Shown here piece after piece: positions 49,101 through 61,455 of a stretch of 64,000 bases of DNA (positions are counted from its first letter, which is position 1; each line of letters starts with the position of its first letter). This stretch comes from the human T2T-CHM13v2.0 reference genome, Homo sapiens: assembly GCF_009914755.1 (NCBI RefSeq), contig NC_060934.1, one strand, 5' to 3'. Both the position numbers and the translations under genes were made by a program. The notes below the pieces were generated by a model. That model had not been told where the DNA came from, searched no databases, and saw nothing but the letters and a program-made list of their open reading frames with translations.

Positions 49101-51139
49101 GACTTTCCAGAGCAGATTTTGGAGGGGGAGAATACTCAATTATGTACTTTTCATTACCACAAACTGAAGTGGCACATTCTCAGTTCTAGTTACATTTTAT
49201 TTGCTAGGACTCTGGTCTCAACTAATTGGAAGACGAAAGTGAAGTACAATGAATGAAGAAAGGAGAGGAAAATCAGATATGGTTGAGCACTAAACATCTT
49301 TACCATAGTTTGTAAGACTAAATAGACTTCGTACATTTTATTTAGTATTTTTTTCATTCTTGCTTGGGGAAATCTTTCCAAGATACATTGCCAAACTGGG
49401 GTAAATGAAGATGAAAGAAAGTCTGAGACCTAAGAGGTTGAATTTCTTGAAACTATTTTATAATGACCATTTCCTTACTTCTTTTTGCCTTGTTGATTCT
49501 TTCCTTGTTCATTCTATTTACCACACCAGACATAACTCCACATAGCAAGATTTTGCCTTGTCTGATGCCTTCATTTTCATAATTTATTTCCACACATATA
49601 AGCAGAATGGGTTACAATGGCAGACAGAAATCTTTAGCTTTGAAATAGAATGGCCAGTGAGAAGCATGCCTATATGAAGAATCTCATATAGAGAGAAAAT
49701 TTAAATTTCAATAGAGTGTTTTTCTTAAACTTAGAATTGGCCACTTTTTTTTTTTTGTCATTTCTTTTCACTTCACAGGAACATAGGGAAATCTTAACTT
49801 CAGAAGCAATTTGCGTGCAATCTCTCTTCCTGGATGGGTGAGGATTGCCCCCTTCAGCTCCTGCTAAGCTTTATCAAATGGAGAAAGCCTCATTTCATGC
49901 AGGCAGGAGTGGAGAGTGGCTCTAGTGTGCATGCTATCCTCATCCTCCAAAATATTTCACATAAATAATATGTTACCATCAGAAACATAAAATATCAATT
50001 ATATATTATAAAGCAGAATTTATAATTCTACATAGAGTGTAACTGAGCAAAAATTCCATTGAGGTATAAAAACAGAAAATGCAAAGAATCTTTGCTCATA
50101 TGAAACTGACAACATGCCATCTCCCCTTCATATGACTAAACCTGCTCTCCCAATCCCATTGTACCATTTGGAGAGATTTACATCAATCCAGAACAAAAAT
50201 TACTCACTTTACCTTAAGTATTGTTAGCTTCCTTATTTCATTGTATTTCTTCAGTTCCTTCAGTTTGTTTTTAACTGAATATTGGTTTCTATTGGTTTCT
50301 TCAGTTATTTTTTAAATGATGTAAAAATAAAGTTTATCTCATATCCCTATTAAAATCTCTCAACACTCATGTCTCCCTGACAGCCCCTGCTCATTCTCTT
50401 TCTTCCAGCCTGGTACTTCCTTCACTTCTCTCCTTCCTCCTCTTTCTCCTTCTTCTCCTCCTCTTTCTTCTTTCTTTTTCCTTGTCTTTCTCTTGTTTTT
50501 ATTTTCCTTCCCCCTCTTCTTCCCTCATCTGGAAGTGGCTTATGATGCACCCGAATCAGAATCCCGACGAACAAAAATTATGATTATCTCAACCTTAAGA
50601 AAAACAGCTGGATTCTAGAAAACCCTCAAAGAAAGTACGAGATTTGGGAAAGAAGCACAAATGTCCCCCAAGTCCCTACCCCACTCTCTCATGCCGAGAA
50701 AAAACAGCTTCACAACACAAAGCTTTTATGAAGGGCTAGCAGTTCCAGTGATGGGCTCCTGAGCCCTGAGCCTAACTGGTGCCTGTTGACCTCACTGCTG
50801 TTCAAATACTGTCTTCTTGTCCTAAAATTAGACATTACCTTTATTTGATTTTCTCTGGCACTGTCTGCCTGCCAACCAGCTGCCTCCCCTGCCACCCCCG
50901 CACACACTGGTGATGCATTCCAGATCCAAATCCAAGTCCTGGTTGCTGACATGATTCCAGATCTCACTGACTGTGGGATTTGTCTAGAATTATGAGGCCA
51001 AGTCTCATATTTTGAGATATGAAGAGGACAGAAACATAAATAGACCCAGAACAGGATCTCAGTGTTACTTTTTTATCTGTGTGAAGGACAACGATCTCTC
51101 CATTTTATTCTCTCTTTAATACCTATTTCCAAACATAAG

Positions 51140-51370
51140 AAACTGGAACTTATGATGTGCCTATAGTGTCAAACATTGCTCCAGGCATGGTACTTGCACT
51201 GTCTTGTTTAATTCTCACACAAACCTACACAAGAACTGTTATGATTCTCCTTAATTGATGAGGCGCCAAAGTCCAGAGGGATCAAGTAACTTGCAAAGGC
51301 TCACAGTCATGTGGCTGAGCAGAGGTTCCAATCCAGGGCATGTTAGTGCACACGGGCTCTTCCCTAGTGC
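51140..51370 (-). mobile_element. MIR
   Basis: tgatgaggcgccaaagtccagagggatcaagtaacttgcaaaggctcacag. Confidence 0.7.
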
Positions 51371-51465
51371 CATAATTCCTCCCCTCAAATAAGATTTTCC
51401 TGGTAATTTGTGTTTTTTGAACCAATAAGACTTACCCTAATAAAACAGGATAAAAGGTAACAATT

Positions 51466-51762
<297 letters not shown>

Positions 51763-51869
51763 CTAGATATAGAGAATGTATGCAGTTTGTTGACTCTTTT
51801 TTGGTAAAAAGAACTAGTACTAGAAATTCAAACTTTCAAGCTTCTAGTTCAGCACTTTTTCAATGATAT

Positions 51870-52299
51870 TGATACAAGATATTTTGCTCCTTAGCTCAGC
51901 TAATCTGGGTTCTTGTCTCAAGACCAGGAAGAATTAGGCATGCAGACACATTGAAGGGTGAGAAGGATGGAATGTATTAAGCCAAAAAGAAGCTCTCAGC
52001 AAAGAGAGGAGGTCCTGCAAGCAGGTTTCCACCTCCCAAATTGAATACCAGGGCCACCACACAGGAGACAAAGAGGCCGAGCTCCTTCCCTGCATAAGGC
52101 GTGAATTCCTGGTGGCTCCACCCCATTCCCCAAGTACAGGTGGGCCTCTAGTCCATTGTGGGCATGCCCAGGCAAGCCCCCTGTGCAGTTCCCTCATCTG
52201 CACAAAACATCTGGTGTAAACACTTGTGGGATGGGTTGGAGATTCTGCAGGGATTCTTCCGTATCTGCGTAGGCCTTTGTCTGCCTCCTGCCTCTATCA
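51870..52299 (-). mobile_element. ERV1 solo LTR, MER61-like (MER52/MER61 group)
   Basis: TG...CA ends. Reverse complement begins tgatagaggcaggaggcagacaaa. 4-bp TSD atat at 51866-51869 and 52300-52303. Confidence 0.8.
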
Positions 52300-52909
52300 A
52301 TATCTTGATGTTTAGAACTGAGGGGAAAAAATATATGGTAATTTTTGAGACTGTGAGGCAGAGCTACTTCCTTCACTGTAATATTCATGGCCCTGAATGC
52401 TGGCCAACAGAGGGTCAGGACACAGGAAGGGAAGCAGCATCTTATAGATGGGCCGCCCCTCAACACTGTTTGCTGCGCTACTTGATGTCACTATAGAAGA
52501 TGTTGCTCTACCCCAGGTTGCCTCTGCCCACTCCTGTCAATCTTGTTTTTCACAATTAATTATTGACCTATTTGATCTTCCTAATTTCCAATTAGCCACA
52601 TTCTACTTTGTCCAATTTCCCCAATCCTATCCCTTAGTATAAAATCCTGCTAAATTGCATTTTTTTCAATCTCCCTAAGTAATGTGATACATGATGTCAA
52701 GCCAACAGCATTCATTTATTTTAAATAAACTTACAGCTAGAAATTTTGTTTCTTTAACCACATTGCTAGACTTGAATAAAGTATTTTATTTAATGAATGG
52801 ACGATGATGATAATTGCATTTTTTAAAAGAGCAAAGGAATCATTAGGTATTGCCTGTTTTCCAACAATACTAGATTTTATTTTAAATATGTCATAATTAT
52901 TTCTACCTG

Positions 52910-53082
52910 AAGAGCACTGGCACTGGAGCTAGCCTGCCCTGGTACACATCGTGGCTCCATGTCTTACCAGCGGTGTGACTGTGTGTGAGTTACTAAATCA
53001 CTCCGTGCTTAGGTTTTCTCCTACAAAACAAAGATAATAATAATCCCTCTATTATATAATTATGGTTAGATGCAAATAAAAT
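52910..53082 (+). mobile_element. MIR (target of the LTR12 insertion)
   Basis: agagcactggcactggagctag...cttaccagcggtgtgact...agttactaaatcactccgtgcttagg. Confidence 0.7.
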
Positions 53083-53807
53083 TGTGTCCAGAATTTATTC
53101 CTTCTGGTGGGTTCTTGGTCTCGCTGACTTCAAGAATGAAGCCACGGACCTTGCAGTGAGTGTTACAGCTCTTAAAGGTGGTGCATCCGGAGTTTGTTCC
53201 TTCTGGTGGGTTCACTGACTTCAAGAATGAAGCTGTGGAACTTTGAATCGAGTGTTACAGCTTTAAAGGTGGTGCAGACCCAAAAAGTGAGCAGCAGCTA
53301 GATTTATTGTGAAGAGTGAAACAACAAAGCTCCCTCAGTGTGGAAGGAGACCCGAGTGGGTTGCCACTGGTGGTTGGCATGGCCAGCTTTTTCTTCTCTT
53401 ATTTGGCCCCGCCCATGTCCTGCTGATTTGTCCATTTTACAGAGTGCTGATTTGTCCATTTTACAGAGTGCTGATTAGTCCATTTTACAGAGTGCTGATT
53501 GGTGCATTTTTACAGAGTGCTGATTGGTGCATTTAGAATCCTTTAGCTGGACACGGAGCGCTGATTGGTGCGTTTTTACAGAGTGCTGATGGATGCATTT
53601 ACAAGCCTTTAGCTAGACACAGAGCGCTGGTTGGTGCGTTTTTACAGAGTGCTGATTGGTGCATTTAGAATCCTTTAGCTAGACACAGAGCGCTGATTGG
53701 TGCGTTTTTACAGAGTGATGATGGGTGCATTTACAAGCCTTTAGCTAGACACAAAAGTTCTTCAAGTCCCCACTCAGCCCAGGAAGTCCAGCTGGCTTCA
53801 CCTCTCA
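53083..53807 (-). mobile_element. LTR12 (ERV9) solo LTR with tandem CCAAT repeats
   Basis: tgtgtccagaatt...ggtctcgctgacttcaagaatgaagcc; repeated agagtgctgattggtgc units; ends cttcacctctca. 4-bp TSD aaat at 53079-53082 and 53808-53811. Confidence 0.95.
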
Positions 53808-53938
53808 AAATGATATAGGTTTGGGGGAACTTTTAAAAATTTGGGCAGATTATTTTTTGGCAGTTATTTTTTGTTGCTATGTTTTATCTTCACGTGTTTG
53901 TGTGTGTGTTTGTGTATTTCTTAAGAATACTCAAACTT

Positions 53939-54240
53939 GGCTGGGTGCAGTGGCTCACTCCTGTAATCCCAGCTCTTTGGGAGGTCAAGGCCAGCAGATT
54001 GTTTGAGGCTAGGAGTTTGAGAACAGACTGGGAGTATAGTGAAACCCTGTCTCTACTAAAAATTTAAAAAATTATCTGGGTGTGGTGGCAATGCCTGTAG
54101 CCTTAGCTACTTGGAGGCTGAGGCAGGAGGATCCTTTGAGCCCAGAAGGTTGAGGCTGCACTGAGTCATAATTGTGCCATTGCAACTCTAGCCTGGGTGA
54201 CAGAGTTTAACCCTGTCTCTAAAAGAAAAAAAGAAAGAAA
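53939..54240 (+). mobile_element. AluJ
   Basis: ggaggatcctttgagcccagaaggttgaggctgca (J diagnostics); highly diverged. Confidence 0.88.
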
Positions 54241-54402
54241 TGCTCATGTTCTTGGAATAAATTCATTTTTATAAATTTATTCAAATTAGTTATACAAAAA
54301 ACTATGAGGAACATATGTCTGTAAGAAGGTTCATACAACCTCATTGAACATGATTGCTCCTAGTAGGAACTTAAATAGATAACATAAGACAACATCAATA
54401 GG

Positions 54403-54486
54403 ATTTTAAGGCAGCCATTTACAATTACAATCTCATTTTAAGGCAGCCATTTTAAGGCAGCCATTTACAATTACAATTACAATCTC
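54403..54486. repeat. Nested local tandem duplication
   Basis: attttaaggcagcc x3 and atttacaattacaat(tacaat)ctc x2. Confidence 0.9.
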
Positions 54487-57400
54487 AAATAATAATTTTA
54501 TAAAATAGAATATTGTATATTATTTAGAAAACAAATTACACAAATGACTTCAATTTACATTAAAACTCATATGTACATTGGACATGCAGTAAGAATATGA
54601 ATAACTTCCAAATTTTCTGCAGCGAGCCTGTATCAATTTAAAATCAGAATTTATGTGTATGTATTTAAAATATATATTTAACGTAATTCTACCATCTGAC
54701 CTAGTAATTCCTAATCATTTAATGTCCCATCTAATTCTTTACTGTTGAGTAATTTGATTTCCGATACTGTAATTTATTAAAATAATGAAGAAAAAGGAAA
54801 AATATGTACTAACATGTAAATTTCAGCATGATATATAAGACTAGAAAATTGAAACACAAAGGAACAATAGTCACGGAATCGTTAAATATAATAGGATCGC
54901 AGTTTAATGTATGAGTATGAAAACTCATATGTTAAGAGAGAAAAACTGGATACAGCTATATGTGTGTGCATCTAGATATAGACTAAAATATATTTTTAAA
55001 ATCCTATGGCTATGACTAGATAAAAGGCTAGAAGAAAATTTTTGTAAGTTTTGACAGTAATTACTTCTGGGGAGAGGTGTTTCTGTTTTCTCTCTATTCT
55101 TCATTTCCAAAATTTTCTCCTATTATGTTATATAAATTTATAGCGAGGAAAATAAAGATATTTTATTAAATGTAATTTCTTAAAGAAAATATTTTATTTT
55201 CCTTCTTCCATTGACAAGTTCTCTAAGGTAAATTTTTTCTGACTCCTCCCAGATCACGTGTCCACCATTTTATTTTATCTAGGGAATGACAACCTCACTT
55301 ATGTCATTTTGAAGTACTGCATTATATGATATTTGGGGGGAATGGCCTCTCCCTTAAAACCTTTACCTGCAAGCTTCCTCTGGAGTCTTTTTGAGTCAGC
55401 ACCTCCATCTGTGGTCCAAGATGAAAAAGGATGTACTAAATCACCTTGACAGTCGTCTGTTTGCATTATATCATCAGTCCCTGTCTTATGTGTGGATGCA
55501 ACATTTCTTCAATCCATTCTTTGCCTCTCCTAAGTGCACACATTCTCAGGCAGAATGGAGAATCACTTTTTGTTTTGCTATAAAACACACACTGACTTTT
55601 GAGACACCTTCCCAGAATGTCCCAGCAAGACTATTATTAATTTTTAAACAGAGATAGGACTCCCAAGAAGGAAAACCAGGCCATGGTTTACTTCGCATAA
55701 TTTAACTGCTTAACTCAAAATATTTTCCCTAGAGACCATCACGGTAGTGAAACTTTTCCTATTATACCATTCATTGACAAATTTGTAATCATGATGTATG
55801 TGTATATACTTATAGTATATATTTAAAATGGGCATTCTGACCTTGTAGTTTATAATTACAGGATTAACAAGGCTGAAAGGAAATTATGTAAATTAGGAAA
55901 TAGGACAAGAGTGAGGGACAAACCTGGAATGATGACAAGCACAGGGAAAGATGGTTAAGGGAAAAAAAAATAACTTCCTCTTTTGCTGATTTCCGTATTG
56001 TCTAGAGCTAGCCATACTTAGACCAGCAAATAAGCCAATCTTTTTCTGATGTTTACTCAGCATTTTCTGAGGCTCTCCTAGCAACAAGAGTGTTGCAGGG
56101 TGCTGGTCCTGAGAAGGCCAAGCACATGCCCCCTTTGTGGAACTCTTGGTCAAATGGAAAAACCAAGTCCAAGAGTCAAGCAAAAGGCCAAGAGTTTTGA
56201 CAGAATGCTCACAGGAGTGTGTTCAACTTTACCTGGGAAAAAGAAAATGAGCAAGCAGAGAGATATGACTTTGTCTTAGTGAATCTGACCGTTTTCAAGT
56301 AAAATGTATAGCACATACTTTGTCCAGTTTGAATGGTGATATATTGCAAATTAAATGAATTACTTAAAGGCCACTGTTTATGATTTAATCTATGAAAAAC
56401 GTCCCTCCATTGCATTTCTGCATACGTTAGGTACTTCTGTCAGAGCATCTTATTCTGCTAGTTTGTTTACACTTGTTTCTCTCTCTTCTGAACTGAGACT
56501 TTCAGATATTATGGTACAACTATCAGATGCTGATATATAATGCTTAGAAAATGTAGATGAAGTGGGAAAACAAAAAGTTTCATATTTGGGGTCTTATAAA
56601 TTGCTCCTGTTTTAAGGAAGATCCAATAATCAAACATACTTACACCACTTTTTGTTGTTGAATTCAATTGGCATAAAATGACAACACAAACACAATTTTA
56701 ACATGATTGAAATTGTTGGATGATGAAGTAGGAAAAAGTGTTAGGGAAGTCCGGAAAAGTAAACCTAAACCTGCTTAAGGTAACTGGAAGGAATGGAAGT
56801 GGCTGTCAAACTGAAGAAAAGTTTTGTAAAAAAAAATTACAGAGAAATCCATATTCCTAAGGTGATCTCTGGATTTTGTCCAGAAGACTCAGGCAGCTAG
56901 CCATCTTGTGATGATCCCAAGAAATTCGTTCATGAACTTTTTCTTCTTAGAGAGGAGAGGATCACACATATTCATTTTCTATGACCAGAGCTCAGAGATA
57001 CAAACAAACACTACATCCAATTTTATGTCAGTAGATTGTCTAAAATATTCAGAGTCTGGATGGATAAAATATTATATTACCAACAAACTAAAGGACTTGT
57101 GGGTACTCCAACAGCACGTGGGCAATTGGAATGATATCCTTTTTAACGTGACTTTAGTAAGTCTTAAATTGTGTTAGCAGCATAAATATGTGGGAAGTGG
57201 TAGGAAGCAGAGAAAGGAGGACGCTTGCTGGTAGCCGGGTAGGGGCAGGGAAGTTGAGGGGCCTCCAGACCTCATTTCAGAAAGTCATTAGGAATGTGTC
57301 ACTCTGTAATTGGCCTGCGTTTCTGGGACCCGTCAGTATCTGCCTTTTTGGATCAATGTGTGATTTTTGAGGCTGTGACAGTCCCGCTCTGAGTGGGTTG

Positions 57401-58039
57401 CAGGTGAAGCACAGTTGCCCTGTCTTACGAAAGGGAGAGGGTTGGCAAGAAAAGTCCATCTGACATTGTAAACAGCTAAATTTATCAAGGCAACCCATTT
57501 TTCAGCTATACAGAACTGTATTTCTGTAGCTGTTTTTTAAAAATATTATCTAATAACCTCCTAGATTTTTCTCACTTCCTACCTATGGTGAAACATGTAA
57601 ATAAGGAGAACCCAAAAGCATCTCAGTTCATAACACGTTTGATTTTTTTGTTTTTCTTTGGAAATGTTCTTGCATGAACCATTTGCACAATGCCAGGATA
57701 AAGCCAGTTCAAACAGATGTGAATTGCTGACTTGATCATGAGAAAATTAGAAAAAAGTTACCTAATGCTAGTGTAAAACTGGTTAGTGTGTGAGGGTGTG
57801 CTTAAAGAAGCAGGAAAATTACACAAGACGATATGAGTACCCCACCTTGGAATCTTAACAGGGGAAAAAGTCTACTCATTAACATATGCTTTAAATAATC
57901 CAAAAGATTAAATAATACCATGATAAAATAACTTATAATTGCAAAAATATATTTTTAAAGTACAAAAATACCAGAGAAAACATTTTTATTGATCTACGTA
58001 AGCCCTATTAAATAAATTATTTTGCAGAGACATTATGCA

Positions 58040-58270
58040 GTCATTGGGAAAATGGGTTTAAACTTCAGTCAGACTCAGATTCAAGTCTTAGCTCTACTGC
58101 ACTCTTGTTCTATTTCCTAAGCAACTTACCAAACCTTTTGGAGTCTCAGTGTTCTTATCTGTAAAGTGCTGATAATATAAATATCTAGCCCACAGAGCGG
58201 TTGTGAGGAACAAAGGAGAACACACATAAAGTACCTGGGTTATAGAAAGTATGCAATGTATTTGCTGTCA
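58040..58270 (+). mobile_element. MIR
   Basis: gattcaagtcttagctctact...gtctcagtgttcttatctgtaaagtg...ggttgtgagga. Confidence 0.75.
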
Positions 58271-58680
58271 GTACTGCTTCTAATAGTACTCAGTGCCATT
58301 CTCCAAATTCCACAATATGCTTAACACTCAAACTTATTTGATGAGAAGATCTATATTTTTTCTACTATACCACACCTGTACTTCACAATATTTACATTGT
58401 TTAAAAAAGCAAATGTTGGTCTCATTGATATTTCTATGGCTAACTCATCATGGAAATGTTGACCATATAACCTTGTAATGTCTTATTAAGAGGAAGTGGG
58501 CTTTCCAAGGGCAAATCAAAGTTTTCTGAAATACGAATGTATTATGGGTCTCTGAAGCACATGGGCATTAGGGAAAACTTCATCCCAAGATCCTGAAATG
58601 GATTAGGATCAATTTGTGATAATCTTGAAGTAATTGTCTAGCCCAGGGAAGTTCCTGTTAAGAACTCACTTAATGATTGT

Positions 58681-58822
58681 GGAAGAAAAGAAAGAAAATA
58701 AAAGAAGGAAAGAGGGAAGGAAGGAAGGAAGGAAGGAAGGAAGCAAGGGAGGCAGGGAGGGAGGGAGACAGGGAGGGAGGGAAGGAAAGAAGGAAGGAAG
58801 GAAGAAGGGATGGAGGGAGGAA
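58681..58822. repeat. (GGAA)n/(GGGA)n polypurine tract
   Basis: Read directly from the sequence. Confidence 0.9.
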
Positions 58823-59321
58823 GTATCAATAAATTAATTACTAGTTATAACACCTGAGGATCATCTTCTTGCGCAAATTATTTTTAACGTTCTTTAGCTA
58901 CAGGCAAAGATCATCCTCATCCCACCACTTTTGTCCAAAATTGTAGCTGCATCCTTGTTTTATTGTCAAGCTAGCCTTAAGACCTCGTTCCTCCCTTCTA
59001 AACTATTGGCCAATTCTTTTTTTTTATACTTGAAAATGTGCCCTTTATCTAATACTTATTATAGCAAATCATGTCGATCTCTAATGGCTCTGAGCAGATG
59101 CGCCCTACTTGGTGCACTTGTTCCACTCCTTGATGCAGAGAGACTGTCTCTCTTATTTTAGCCTTTTGCATTTAATGCTTTATATTTGCCTTCTCTCCCA
59201 CCCCTATGGTCCATGGCCCCAGTAAGAAGGCAATATCCATGAATTATTCTTCTCCAGAACACAATACTGCACAAATAAACATTTTCTGATTTTCAAAACA
59301 TTTGTGCATATATGGATGATC

Positions 59322-59345
59322 TGTGTGTGTGTGTGTGTGTGTGTG
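59322..59345. repeat. (TG)12 microsatellite
   Basis: Read directly from the sequence. Confidence 0.9.
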
Positions 59346-59584
59346 CATTCAAAGCACACAGCATGATTTCTAACATACACTATGAGTGCATAACTTGGTC
59401 TATGCATTGACTCAGATACAAAATAATAATTCAGGAAAAAGAAAGGTATTCAAGATGAAGCAAGATAAGCCATCACACTTTGACCATCCTCAAGAAGAAA
59501 TTCAACAGGGTAAGTACAATTAGGGATATGGTATTTCACGTGTGGTGGTCCAGCAGGATGCAGCCCATGTGAACTTACTTTCAG

Positions 59585-59728
59585 CGCTTGACAGACATTG
59601 CAAGTGAAAATTATTTTGATCAAAGTCTTAAGTTAGATCGCACACTAAATATGGATTCATCTAGGTTACATGGTAGACTGAGAAATCCATTGAAAATTTC
59701 CGCCCGAGAAAACCAGCTTGAAAATAAT
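59585..59728 (+). other. Candidate 144-nt exon, open in phase 0 (RLTDIASENYFDQSLKLDRTLNMDSSRLHGRLRNPLKISARENQLENN)
   Basis: ttactttcAG acceptor, aat|GTAAGT donor, length divisible by 3 with no stop, internal aaatATGG at 59651. Protein not recognised. Confidence 0.25.
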
Positions 59729-60823
59729 GTAAGTCTTGTCACTCGAGGAGACTTGGACATATTAAAAGAGTTTGATGTGGAAGTTTGGAAAGCACCTATA
59801 CCAAACTGAAATATTGCCAAGATTATTAATGCATCACTTTGATGAGCCAAGAATTTCCATCTTTCCCCATGGGAGGGATGTCTCCAATAGTTGGAGGTGG
59901 AAAGAGGGCACAGCTTTTATTTTAAGAATAAAGAATTTCAAAATGAAGAAAAGAATTGCAGCTAGGTTTTGACAGAGCCTGTTGAGAAGTGGAGGCAAAC
60001 ATGATGTTTTATAAATGTTGGTATTACAATCAGATCACTTTTGGTAGGTGCCTTCTGATTGTCTAATTAGTATGATGTCAGCTGGGCTTGAGAATCATTT
60101 CTTTTTTTTAAAACCATCTGTTTTGTCATAAAAGTTTCTTTAGAAGCCATATGCAGGCAGAGCATTTATGCTTTTGTTTTTTCAAAGTGATCTTCTGTGT
60201 TCTTTGTGTCTACATCCTGTGGCATAAATGGTAGTTTTAAACTATCTAGGAAGAATGCAAGGAGTCCAGCAGAAGAAATAAATAAATAATTGGCCAATTA
60301 AATCAATTAATTGAAAAATCAGTGATCTTGGACACAAGGGAACACGTCACCTTTAACTCGTGTCACAGGAAGAAATTATGTTTTCAAAATGGTGAGGTTT
60401 TGAATCATATTGCCTTCTGAGCCTGAATTTTCCTATTTAAAAATGGGAGATTTGGTAAGGAATTAATTAAACTCACATATAAGAGGACAATGCAGGAGAA
60501 ACTCTATATTATAATAAATTATATATTATAGATGAAGATATTTTATAAAGTCTTAAATACAAAACAAATAACAGTTATAACAATTGTATATATTTTAATC
60601 ATTATAATAAACATTTATTAACCACTAGAAAGCAAGCTAGTATGAGTCATTAAACCACAATTTTCTACCATTTGTTACTTCAAATCTTCTTCCCTTGTCG
60701 GTTTCTTGTACATGTTTGCTGAATGTGTACATACATGCATGCATACCTCGTCTTTCTCAAGCTAGTGAGGTTAATGACTATAAAATAACATTTTATTTTC
60801 CCTTTACTTTAAACTTTTCCCAG

Positions 60824-60922
60824 CATAAATCTGTCAGTCAAGTACTCCTGCCTCTCGCTTGATCAGAATTACATGGTTGTTCTTGAGTCCTTTTGAGATC
60901 CCAAGAGTCTGGTGACATATTT
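60824..60922 (+). other. Candidate 99-nt exon (stop codons in all three frames)
   Basis: Strong pyrimidine tract ttttattttccctttactttaaacttttcccAG with an upstream taac branch-like site; ttt|GTAAGT donor. Confidence 0.25.
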
Positions 60923-61159
60923 GTAAGTCACAAGGAATTAAGAGGTCAAGAACATCAATATCAGTTCAGGAATGTACGGATAGAGCCCTATGATCAAGCA
61001 AGAAACACCAGCTGTAAGCACCATTCAACGTACTTAGAACAGTTCAATAAACTCTGATGGATGATGAAAATTTCAAAAGCATACTCTACACAAGGAACAT
61101 AAAGCAATCTTTTTGGATAGTCAATTTCTTGGTAGTAATAGTAGTAGCGTTAATGTTAT

Positions 61160-61455
61160 TTCTTTACATTTGTTGAGCACTTGATGCTTTTCTAAGTGCT
61201 TTAAAACATGTTATCTCAGAATGTTTAGTCCCCACCAGTGCATCCCAATTTGCAGATATTAACTTTGAGCTATGGCAGCAAACAGCTCAAGATCTACATT
61301 AGCTTTCGGTGTCTAAGAAATGCAAAACTTCCTCATTATTCTTACCATGTAATTTTCCAACATATAGGGATATATTAGAAGCCTGGAGACTCAGCAACTT
61401 GCCATCTCTTACAAAATTAATGATGGAGTTAGTATTTGAACCTGAGTCTTCTGAT
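61160..61455 (-). mobile_element. MIR fragments
   Basis: catttgttgagcactt...ctaagtgcttta; gagactcagcaacttgcc...gtatttgaacctgagtct. Confidence 0.55.

Noticed and set aside
53410-53755. Regularly spaced repeats superficially resembling a CRISPR array, and the repetitive ORF 53309-53536
   Set aside because: These are the U3 tandem repeats of LTR12, with no unique spacers, in a eukaryotic context.
58634-58837. ORFs on both strands rich in EGRK/PSFL
   Set aside because: These are translations of the (GGAA)n tract.
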